DNA of 52,569 bases from positions 1-52,569 of the IMG/VR virus record IMGVR_UViG_3300046807_000026. The stretch is one strand, 5' to 3'. Of this stretch, positions 38,577-46,430 are shown in pieces. Made by a program: the position numbers and the translations under genes. The DNA is from a virus (lineage: Duplodnaviria > Caudoviricetes). Below the pieces are notes generated by a model. The model was not told the DNA's origin. It searched no databases and saw nothing but the letters and a program-made list of their open reading frames with translations. Within the stretch, counting starts at the first letter, position 1. Each line of letters begins with the position of its first letter.

Positions 38577-38933
38577 TTATTTCTTTTCAAACACAGTGAT
38601 TGTTTTTTCTACAGCTTGTACTTCGTAGAATTCTTCATAAGTTGAACCTTCATAAGATGCATACCAACCATCAAACTTGATGAATACAACTTCGTTTCCA
38701 TTAGAGAATGAGTATACCCTCCAATAATCAGAACCTTGGTCTTCGCCACCGTAGCGATCTACGAGTTCAAAACTGATGTTAGCTTCTGCAAGTTGTTTTC
38801 TAAAGTCTTTTACAGTTTTATAATCCCAACTATCCTCTCTGGATTTAAACTCACCATTGTGAAACTCATCTTTAACTTCAGTATCAGCTTTAACAAACAG
38901 TGCATTGATTTTATTAATCAAACGTTCAGTCAT
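38577..38933 (-). CDS. Hypothetical protein, paralog A
   Basis: YGGEDQGSDYW...KFDGWYAS. Confidence 0.7.
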   Translation of the reverse strand: MTERLINKINALFVKADTEVKDEFHNGEFKSREDSWDYKTVKDFRKQLAEANISFELVDRYGGEDQGSDYWRVYSFSNGNEVVFIKFDGWYASYEGSTYEEFYEVQAVEKTITVFEKK

Positions 38934-39406
38934 ATTACTCCTTTAGTAAAATTTGTTTTTGGATAATAGATACTATCCGCTTCAAGTCTTGCTCGAATTG
39001 CATCTTCAAGAGACTCACCATAATATAACAGAATTTGGACGCCATTCTTACTTATTCTAGCTTCATACATATTTCTGTCTTTTCTCCATCTGACACCTCG
39101 CACTCCTATGGTGTTTTCTTTTCTTAGATTTCGATCATAAGATTGTACACTTGTTGTAGCCCACTCACAGGTTTTTTTACTATATATTTTAGCAGAATTG
39201 ATTCTATTTAAGGTCATACCTTCTGGTCGCAAACCCATGTCTTCCATGAAATTTTCAAAATCATACCATCTTTTACAAACTACAATACCTTTACCTCCAT
39301 ATTTGTCATAATTTGTATTATTAGGGTTATTACATCTTTGTAACATGTTGGTCCAACTATAATAAGTAGGTGTACCATACATTCCATGTTTTATTTTACG
39401 TCCCAT
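38930..39406 (-). CDS. HNH-type homing endonuclease with AP2-like tail, possibly degenerate
   Basis: HGM...W-x-x-M-x-x-RC...YGGKGI-x-VC-x-RW...F-x-x-DMG-x-RP...CEWAT. Confidence 0.75.
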   Translation of the reverse strand: MGRKIKHGMYGTPTYYSWTNMLQRCNNPNNTNYDKYGGKGIVVCKRWYDFENFMEDMGLRPEGMTLNRINSAKIYSKKTCEWATTSVQSYDRNLRKENTIGVRGVRWRKDRNMYEARISKNGVQILLYYGESLEDAIRARLEADSIYYPKTNFTKGVI

Positions 39407-40208
39407 TCAACACCTTTCTAACTGTAACAAATTTATTTTCATCATACAAATCTAAAACATCAGTATAATTATCTATTGCGTAAGAACGAAACCAACCAGA
39501 ACATAGTGTAGTACAAATCTTATTTACTGACTTGTAAAACGCTAGTTTAGATGGTGTTTTCCAATCGCTAGGTACTAAAAACCTTTCAGTTGAAATAACA
39601 TAAGCTTCTTCTGCAATGCATCTAAGTTTGTCTGCATGGCTTAGATTGTACCACAGATTTTTATCACACCACGCTAAACTTGAATCTTTTTGCAATTTTT
39701 TATACAAAGGCTCTTCGTGATAAGCAAACAATTCATGCAAGTAATCATGATTGTACTTCTTAGTTACTGCATCATCAAAGAAATCTTCTACTGTTTGCAT
39801 CAAGTTTGGATTACCTTGTGGATATGCTGACATAGTAAGCTTAATTCGTTTGTGCAATATATCTTCATCCTTGTCGGTAAAGAACGGACGAAATACTTTT
39901 AAGTACGTATTGTATTGTGTCATATGCTTTTCAAACTTACGATCACGCCATAGGTGACTGCGCTTGACAATTGCAAGACCAATAGGGTTAACTACATAGA
40001 CTCTTTGACCTCCAATTGTAATGTAGTGCGTACTGGCATAATTCAATAGATCGTAGTTACCAATTGTATCAAACGTATGATTTTCAATACGCAAGGCACG
40101 ATCTTGAATTTTATGTTCGCTAATAATATCCCAATCTGAATCTGGTCTTACTTTGAAGGTAGCACTCCAGTATTGTAATGCTTGTGAACCAATCAGTAGA
40201 TTTTTCAT
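39396..40208 (-). CDS. Putative nucleotidyltransferase-fold protein
   Basis: N-terminal LIGS...DWDII resembles the pol-beta superfamily hGS...DxD signature; RBS aaggag. Confidence 0.5.
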   Translation of the reverse strand: MKNLLIGSQALQYWSATFKVRPDSDWDIISEHKIQDRALRIENHTFDTIGNYDLLNYASTHYITIGGQRVYVVNPIGLAIVKRSHLWRDRKFEKHMTQYNTYLKVFRPFFTDKDEDILHKRIKLTMSAYPQGNPNLMQTVEDFFDDAVTKKYNHDYLHELFAYHEEPLYKKLQKDSSLAWCDKNLWYNLSHADKLRCIAEEAYVISTERFLVPSDWKTPSKLAFYKSVNKICTTLCSGWFRSYAIDNYTDVLDLYDENKFVTVRKVLNGT

Positions 40209-40220
40209 GTTTACTCCTTA

Positions 40221-40545
40221 GTTATAGTTCAGTATATTCCGTATCTTAGTTTCAGTTAACTGTCTAGGCGCAAACAGGCCATCGTCCAACTTTAACCCAA
40301 ATAGTAAACCACGTTCGTTTACCCAACCTGAAATATACTGAACTATAACCTCTGGTCCCTAAACCAGTATTATAGTGTCTTTTCCTATTGGACGACAATC
40401 CGCAGGTCTAAGAAATCCGAATGCGAAGTCCACCATCACTCGCATCTTTTTCCAATTCCCCGCTACGCAGGGAGGTTGATAGGGCTTGCACCTACCTCGG
40501 GTTGTACTCACTTCTAGGGATATGAAGCTTGCAGAGAACCGGGAC
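40221..40545 (-). ncRNA. Unassigned structured RNA (one ~330-nt RNA or two adjacent RNAs)
   Basis: No ORF in the track; higher GC than flanks; many stems including a perfect 18-bp inverted repeat (40221-38/40332-49) and a T-loop-like hairpin; lies in a tRNA operon. Confidence 0.55.
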
Positions 40546-40553
40546 TAATTTTA

Positions 40554-40643
40554 TGGTGGACAAAAGGAGAATTGAACTCCTGTCTTCCTCCTATGCTATT
40601 AGGAAGTTTCACATCAGCATCAGATGATTAACCCATCTTGTCC
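40554..40643 (-). ncRNA. tRNA-like RNA lacking canonical D and anticodon arms
   Basis: Acceptor stem GGACAAG/TTTGTCC plus ACCA; T-arm AGGAG-TTCAATT-CTCCT; non-canonical middle. Confidence 0.7.
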
Positions 40644-40648
40644 ATATT

Positions 40649-40725
40649 TGGTGCGAGTGGAGGGATTCGAACCCCCGACCAATGGTGTAGAAGACCAGTG
40701 CTCTATCCAACTGAGCTACACTCGC
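40649..40725 (-). tRNA. tRNA-Arg(TCT)
   Basis: GCGAGTG acceptor, D-arm GCTC-AGTTGGATA-GAGC, anticodon loop CT-TCT-AC, T-loop TTCGAAT, encoded CCA. Confidence 0.95.
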
Positions 40726-40734
40726 TTAACCTCA

Positions 40735-40764
40735 ATTATACATCAGTTTTCAATCCCATGTCAA
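40735..40764 (-). promoter_or_regulatory. Promoter for the tRNA/ncRNA operon
   Basis: TTGACA-N18-TATAAT, about 10 nt upstream of tRNA-Arg. Confidence 0.75.
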
Positions 40765-40909
40765 CATTTCGCAAAATATTTTCTTTGATGTTCAAATTAG
40801 CTAACTTGTTCAGATCAGACTTAGGCATCTGCATACAAGCCCTGAGCATACCATCTTTATACTGTTCCAAAGTATGATGATCTTTATTGTACTTATAAAT
40901 GTAACTCAT
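40736..40909 (-). CDS. Small hypothetical protein (57 aa, not in the ORF track)
   Basis: MSYIYKYNKDHHTLEQY...; RBS aaaggt. Confidence 0.45.
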   Translation of the reverse strand: MSYIYKYNKDHHTLEQYKDGMLRACMQMPKSDLNKLANLNIKENILRNVDMGLKTDV

Positions 40910-41026
40910 AGAATAACCTTTATGATGTAATCGTGCTTAATACCTGAAGATAAAAATGCAAGTTTAGCTTCATATTTGTTTTGTGCAGTAATAATAAAGT
41001 GCCCAAGCTTAGGTTGCTCATATTCT

Positions 41027-41230
41027 TTATAAATCACATAGTACTCTTTCATAGTTCCAACCTCCAATTTCATGTGTTTTAAAAGTAGCTTTAGAGATGC
41101 TGATTACATGCTCAGGTAACTGCTTATGAGTACCAGCAAACCATTCATCTTCAAAGCAGCATTGCATCTTAGCAAGATCATGCTCATAAATTACATCATA
41201 CACCCAAAACGGTAAAGCACTCCAACTCAT
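41027..41230 (-). CDS. Hypothetical protein
   Basis: ORF with RBS ggag. Confidence 0.55.
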   Translation of the reverse strand: MSWSALPFWVYDVIYEHDLAKMQCCFEDEWFAGTHKQLPEHVISISKATFKTHEIGGWNYERVLCDL

Positions 41231-41400
41231 GATTGTACTCCAAAATATTCCTTGAGAATTTTACGAATGTCTCTAGCGTAATATTTAGCTACAGAATCGG
41301 CTATACCTGCGTACTCGAAACGATTAGCTAAAAACTCCAGCATTTCTTTTGGATTGGTAGCGACAGGATTATTACAACCACAATCACAATCTTCTTTCAT
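41227..41400 (-). CDS. Small hypothetical protein (57 aa, not in the ORF track)
   Basis: MKEDCDCGCNNP...; directly follows the polymerase stop; ATGA coupling with the next gene. Confidence 0.5.
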   Translation of the reverse strand: MKEDCDCGCNNPVATNPKEMLEFLANRFEYAGIADSVAKYYARDIRKILKEYFGVQS

Positions 41401-41401
41401 A

Positions 41402-43588
41402 TTAAACCTTTCTAATAACTAGCTTTTCAGCTTCATTCACATAGTAATCCAAGTCAACATCATAACCGAAATCAGCGATGTTGTTGCAGGTCTTTACATT
41501 CCAAGATGTATCAATACCCAATCTACGATCTGACTTATCTTCACTATCTTCCAATGCTGGCATCAACTTGATCAGCTTACCACCAGTCTTACAAGGGTAG
41601 TACCTGCAGATGTTCTGTTGTTGCTCTACACGACCATCCTCAAATTCTAGCACAAGCTTTGAACTGCGAGGAACTTTTGTGCGTAGCATAAAGTCAAAGA
41701 GATGACCTTGATCAAGTCGCTCTTGAATGAACTCACGCACATCCTTGCCATGCAGCATAGCAGCTTCTGCAGCCATTGGAATGACTAGACCACCTTGGTT
41801 TTGATGCCATCCCAAATCTTCATACTGGTATGCACCCTTACGCTTTGTCTTACCATTTGTGTACACAGCAATGTAGTTGTTAACATCACGAATGTACATG
41901 TTCTGGTAATCCACGAATTCCAAATCAAGCTTTACATCCTTTTGCCACTGAGTGCAAATTGCATTGTATTGCTCTTCAGTATCTCGTGTCATGGCTACAG
42001 TTAAACCGTCTGTATTTAGTTGCACAAGTTTGAGCTTTGGAATCTGCAGCAAACGATCTGCAAGCATCAACAAAGATAGTTGACCATTGATAGTAATTGA
42101 CATTGTAAACTTTGGATCATAGAACACAGAGTATTTATCATTGCTCTTACCATATGTACCATTCAGTGCAAGTTTAAGCATTGCATTTTCTGCAGTGTTC
42201 TTTGCATATGACTTACGTTGCTCATACATGTCTTTGTAGATAACACAGAACTCTTCACCAAGATGCTCAGGGTAAATCTTATTTGAGATAGCAATGTTTG
42301 GATACATTGAACTAACGTCAGCATCACGAACCATGTAAGTTTTACCAGCACTGACGATCTTTTCAGTCAATGACGCATGTACACCACCTACACCGAAATC
42401 AATGCGATAACCGTCTACAAGGACGTTCAGTGTCTCAGCAATACGGTAGCATCCCCAATAGGATTTCTTGGGCACTCTGACCTTTTTAGGCTTCTTACTG
42501 AGGTCTGGACAACCATCTGCATCTAATACATGTTCAGTCACATGCTCACCGTTTGCATCAAATAGATATTCTGTAGCTTTGAGTTCTTCAACTTCAATCC
42601 AACCCATAGGATGTTGATTCTTGAAGTCATCAGTATCTCGCTCAGTTGGTACTCCCTTGAACTTCTTGCGCTTTACAGTAAGTTCTGCATACTTTGTAAC
42701 TTTACCAAGATTGTGCTCTTCAATATCTGAAAACACACCTTTAGTCTCAGTGATAACCTGCTTAGAAAACCAGTCATAAACAGCTTGAAATTCTGGACGA
42801 TCAAACTTATAGTACTTGAACAAACAGTCTTTGATTGCGATCTTGTCTCGCTTGGTTTGCATCATTACTTTCTTACCATCTTTGAACTTGTACAGCTTAA
42901 CACCTGAATCCTCAAGCTTCATTTGAAAGTATTCAGCACCAATCTTTGTATCATCTGCATTAGTAAAGTCACGACCAAGCTTAATACTCAGATTATCCCT
43001 GAATTCAATTTGTGTAAGAGACTTCAGATAGAATGCAAGCGTACAGCGCACATCATGTAGGTTGTAGGTTTTTAGCTTATCGATTTCAGCATCGGTCAAT
43101 TCAGCATCTACAGCATAAGGCAAGTCTTCAATGTTGTCCATACGCATGTTGAATTCCAGCATCTTTAGACCAGTGGCTTTCGCCTTGTTGTTAAAGTGAT
43201 GAATGCGGTACAAGTCAACTTGTGGAATAATTTGTTCATCGGTTTTGATGCTGTGACCGAAACCGTTATCTTTGAAAGAGTCAATCTGCTTTTGTGCAAG
43301 CTTGTGTACAGCAGCAGCAACTTGCTTACCACTCTTAGATTCCCAAGACCTGCGGTTAGTCAATACCTCGTGCAGGATTGGATAGTCGAATCCCACGTTG
43401 TTAAAGCCTACCAAACGACCTGCAGTAGCTTCAATATGATCTACACAAGCGTAGATACGACCAAGTTCATTTGTGCGATCAGAAACCTCAAATACTCGTG
43501 CGAACTTACCATCTGCACGAATGACAGCAAACGTAAACGCTGATTTGTACGTTTCAATATCATAAATCCAGTCTCTTGTCAAATCCAT
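41402..43588 (-). CDS. DNA polymerase, family B, with 3'-5' exonuclease domain
   Basis: YDIET and GFNNVGFD exonuclease motifs; DVSSMYP, KLALNGTYG and NTDG polymerase motifs. Confidence 0.9.
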   Translation of the reverse strand: MDLTRDWIYDIETYKSAFTFAVIRADGKFARVFEVSDRTNELGRIYACVDHIEATAGRLVGFNNVGFDYPILHEVLTNRRSWESKSGKQVAAAVHKLAQKQIDSFKDNGFGHSIKTDEQIIPQVDLYRIHHFNNKAKATGLKMLEFNMRMDNIEDLPYAVDAELTDAEIDKLKTYNLHDVRCTLAFYLKSLTQIEFRDNLSIKLGRDFTNADDTKIGAEYFQMKLEDSGVKLYKFKDGKKVMMQTKRDKIAIKDCLFKYYKFDRPEFQAVYDWFSKQVITETKGVFSDIEEHNLGKVTKYAELTVKRKKFKGVPTERDTDDFKNQHPMGWIEVEELKATEYLFDANGEHVTEHVLDADGCPDLSKKPKKVRVPKKSYWGCYRIAETLNVLVDGYRIDFGVGGVHASLTEKIVSAGKTYMVRDADVSSMYPNIAISNKIYPEHLGEEFCVIYKDMYEQRKSYAKNTAENAMLKLALNGTYGKSNDKYSVFYDPKFTMSITINGQLSLLMLADRLLQIPKLKLVQLNTDGLTVAMTRDTEEQYNAICTQWQKDVKLDLEFVDYQNMYIRDVNNYIAVYTNGKTKRKGAYQYEDLGWHQNQGGLVIPMAAEAAMLHGKDVREFIQERLDQGHLFDFMLRTKVPRSSKLVLEFEDGRVEQQQNICRYYPCKTGGKLIKLMPALEDSEDKSDRRLGIDTSWNVKTCNNIADFGYDVDLDYYVNEAEKLVIRKV

Positions 43589-43603
43589 TTGTACTTCTCC
43601 AAT

Positions 43604-43645
43604 AAAGAAAACCTAGAGTCTATCACAACTCTAGGTCTACGTCAA
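43604..43645 (-). promoter_or_regulatory. Promoter for the DNA polymerase overlapping a terminator hairpin
   Basis: TTGACG-N17-TAGACT at 43617-43645; acctagagt/actctaggt stem plus T-run on the minus strand. Confidence 0.6.
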
Positions 43646-43647
43646 GC

Positions 43648-45381
43648 TTAATTTTGGTTGTTCAACCAGTCATCTAAGTTATGCAAAGTATGCGTATCGT
43701 TATCATAGTAGACGTTACCAGCAGGTCCAGTCAATCCACAAATACGATTCTTACTAAGTACAACTTTGGTTGTATTGCGTTCGGTTGGGTCTTCTGCGTA
43801 TTTATTTCGACTTAGCAAGATATTAGCTGAAGCTGACTTAATAATAGTAGAACTACCCTGAATTTCTTCTTCTGTGAATGCTCCACCTTGTGAAGAATTT
43901 TGTACTCCAGAAGCTGATTTACGAACGTGGTTAATAAAGATCAAAGTTACATTGTGACTCTTAATGATACCTTTGGACCATTTCATAAATAATGCTTGGT
44001 CTTCATTTGATAAACCATCAAGAATGTCCTGTAAAGGATCAAGCACAATGATTCTACAACCGCATGATACTACAAGTTCTTCTACTGTATCTTGAATCTC
44101 TTCGATTGTACCATCACGATTATCAAGTAGGTAAAAGCGATGCTGACCATCTTCATTGTAGAAAAGCTCGTTTGCTTTATCACGTACTTTGTCAGATTCC
44201 AGCAAATCTTTCTTTGCATTATCATCTTGAATTAACGATAGCTTACGACTCAAATGCCGACCTAATAAAGTCTCTCCATATTGACCTGAATCTAACTCCA
44301 TAGAAACAATACCGATTTTATGCGGTGAATTGAAAATCCAGTGATAGATCATTTCATTAACGAAAGATGTTTTACCAAGACCAGTACCTGCAGCAATATT
44401 GATGATGTGACCCAATGGTAGACCACCAACAAGCATCTCATTCAGTGTATTCATGAATGGTGGAAACGGTACTTTCGCAACTGTAGCTTGAGCTAGAATC
44501 TTATCGTACAGTTCACCAGAACCAAGTACACCAACTGGTGTGTATCGCTTTGCTTCATAGAAGTTACGTACAAACTCTTCCTCTTTACCTTCTTCAAGAT
44601 AAGTATTAGGGTCTTTGTATCGCATGTGCATAATCTTAACTTTACCCTTAGGTAGAGCCTTGACTACTTCTTCTGTTGCTTCTTTACCAGCTTTGTCATT
44701 GTCATAGCACACAATAATTTGATCGAAGGTGTCGAAGAAACGATATTGAGCAGCAATTTGTTTGTGTGAATTAGCACCTGTAGTAGGGCTAACAACAGCA
44801 GTTTCATAACCAGAACCACGATTCTTGTTATAATCCGAAAGCATTTGATAAGCAGATAACGCATCTAGTTCACCTTCTGTGATTAGAATATATTTTCCAC
44901 CACGGTTAAATTTAAACTGCATGAACAATTCGCATTCAGCACCAGTGCGACCTTTGGAATAAAAGTTCTTTGGTACTTCACGGATTTTGTATCCTACAAT
45001 CTGACCATCTTGAGTAGCTGGATAATATTGCTCTTCAACATCACCATCTTCATCATACGCATAACGTACACCAAAAGGCTTTGTGGTTTCATCTCTTAGT
45101 CCACGAAAACCTTTACCAGCAACACCAGTTATAGATTTGATATAATCATTCTCTTCCAGTGTCATAGCAGGTTTACCACTAGGTTTAATTTCCATACTCT
45201 TTTCTTCCTTTGTAATTGATGTTCTAACTCGTGTAGTCTTCTTGGAATTTTGTTCCTTGAATTCACTAGATGGTACAGTATGTTCACAGACAAAGCAATG
45301 CGAAGAATTTCCTTCATACACTGCTTTGCCATCTGAACTACCGCACTTTTCGCAATTGGTGTGCTTTACGAAATTTGCCAA
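43648..45381 (-). CDS. Primase-helicase (T7 gp4-like)
   Basis: Zn finger CEKC...CFVC; TOPRIM TEGELDA and DNDKAG; Walker A GTGLGKTS; INHVRK and KNR motifs. Confidence 0.93.
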   Translation of the reverse strand: MANFVKHTNCEKCGSSDGKAVYEGNSSHCFVCEHTVPSSEFKEQNSKKTTRVRTSITKEEKSMEIKPSGKPAMTLEENDYIKSITGVAGKGFRGLRDETTKPFGVRYAYDEDGDVEEQYYPATQDGQIVGYKIREVPKNFYSKGRTGAECELFMQFKFNRGGKYILITEGELDALSAYQMLSDYNKNRGSGYETAVVSPTTGANSHKQIAAQYRFFDTFDQIIVCYDNDKAGKEATEEVVKALPKGKVKIMHMRYKDPNTYLEEGKEEEFVRNFYEAKRYTPVGVLGSGELYDKILAQATVAKVPFPPFMNTLNEMLVGGLPLGHIINIAAGTGLGKTSFVNEMIYHWIFNSPHKIGIVSMELDSGQYGETLLGRHLSRKLSLIQDDNAKKDLLESDKVRDKANELFYNEDGQHRFYLLDNRDGTIEEIQDTVEELVVSCGCRIIVLDPLQDILDGLSNEDQALFMKWSKGIIKSHNVTLIFINHVRKSASGVQNSSQGGAFTEEEIQGSSTIIKSASANILLSRNKYAEDPTERNTTKVVLSKNRICGLTGPAGNVYYDNDTHTLHNLDDWLNNQN

Positions 45382-45390
45382 TTCTACTCC

Positions 45391-46419
45391 TTATTCATTT
45401 TTGATCAACCATTTATTTGAGATAGCCTTAAAACTACGATCATGAATACTGTTACTCTTGAATACAAGACCTTCACGTTCAGAAGCATTAAGTTCTGATT
45501 TACCTTCAGCTTGTGCAAGAATACCTGAAACACTTTCACCTACAAGCGAAATGTCTTCAGCAAGAATTGGTACATGCTTTAGACCCAAACGCTCACATGC
45601 AGCTTTAAGCTGGACTGGCAAGATATACTGTGCCGTATGAGTATTGTACATGTCATAGACGTAGAAGTCAAGCTGAGTTTTGTACTGATTACCTTGGATG
45701 CCTTCACCAATCATCTCACCTTGAATTGCCATACCCTTCATAAAATTACGGCGCATAATATCCTCAATTTGGAACTTACGTGCTACTTTCCAGAATGAAT
45801 TTGCTTCATCTTCTTTCAAGTCAAGATTACGTGAGCATACATGGAATACGTCTTCATCGTCTAGATAGAACGTGCAAGATGAACCGTCAAGTTTTTCAGT
45901 AATAGACCAAGTATCTTCTTGGAATATACCATTGAATTCTTTTACAAGATTTTGTACACGCTCTTGGTCAGTCTTTGGTACTAACGTAGGGAAATTGCCT
46001 CGTGCCATACCAGCAAGTTGAGCATTCATTGGACGTTCCCATTTGATGATATTTAACCACTCAGTTACATCGTCACCTTCACTCAAGGATGACCAACAGC
46101 CTTGCTTTTCAACACATGAGGAAATAGGTAGCAATAAACCTTGTGAAATTTGACCACGTAGTTTAATTGTACGTAGACGTTCACCCTCTACACCTTCAAA
46201 TACTTTTGGAAAGTGTCCAGCTTTGGTTAGAAATGGTGCAAGGGCTGTTGGAACCCACGAATCCGGTTCCGCATACACAACCAAATCGTTAATTTGGTAC
46301 TTACCAACTGAGTCAACTACCCACCAGCCATCTACACGATAAGCACAAATTTTATCTGCACCTTCAATAGACTTTACTTCTGCAATTTTACGAATCGTTG
46401 CGAGTTTTCTTTCTGTCAT
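45391..46419 (-). CDS. RNA ligase (Rnl2 / DRB0094 family)
   Basis: N-terminal RKLATIRKI...LRGQISQGL; PKTDQER, TEKLDGSS, QGE, REGLV, FKAISN. Confidence 0.9.
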   Translation of the reverse strand: MTERKLATIRKIAEVKSIEGADKICAYRVDGWWVVDSVGKYQINDLVVYAEPDSWVPTALAPFLTKAGHFPKVFEGVEGERLRTIKLRGQISQGLLLPISSCVEKQGCWSSLSEGDDVTEWLNIIKWERPMNAQLAGMARGNFPTLVPKTDQERVQNLVKEFNGIFQEDTWSITEKLDGSSCTFYLDDEDVFHVCSRNLDLKEDEANSFWKVARKFQIEDIMRRNFMKGMAIQGEMIGEGIQGNQYKTQLDFYVYDMYNTHTAQYILPVQLKAACERLGLKHVPILAEDISLVGESVSGILAQAEGKSELNASEREGLVFKSNSIHDRSFKAISNKWLIKNE

Positions 46420-46430
46420 TTGTTTCTCCT

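Noticed and set aside
40221-40349. Retron msr-msd (a1/a2 inverted repeats around hairpins)
   Set aside because: No reverse transcriptase (YADD/LPQG motifs) is present anywhere in the window, and the adjacent gene is not RT-like.
40350-40643. Standard or permuted tmRNA
   Set aside because: Both acceptor strands lie within 90 nt, there is no G3-U70 pair, no tag reading frame was recognised, and no second acceptor 5' strand follows the CCA.
29155-45381. Introns or inteins in nrdA, nrdB, polymerase or helicase
   Set aside because: The ORFs are continuous, of ordinary length, and show no intein C/S...HN boundaries. The HNH genes lie between genes, not inside them.
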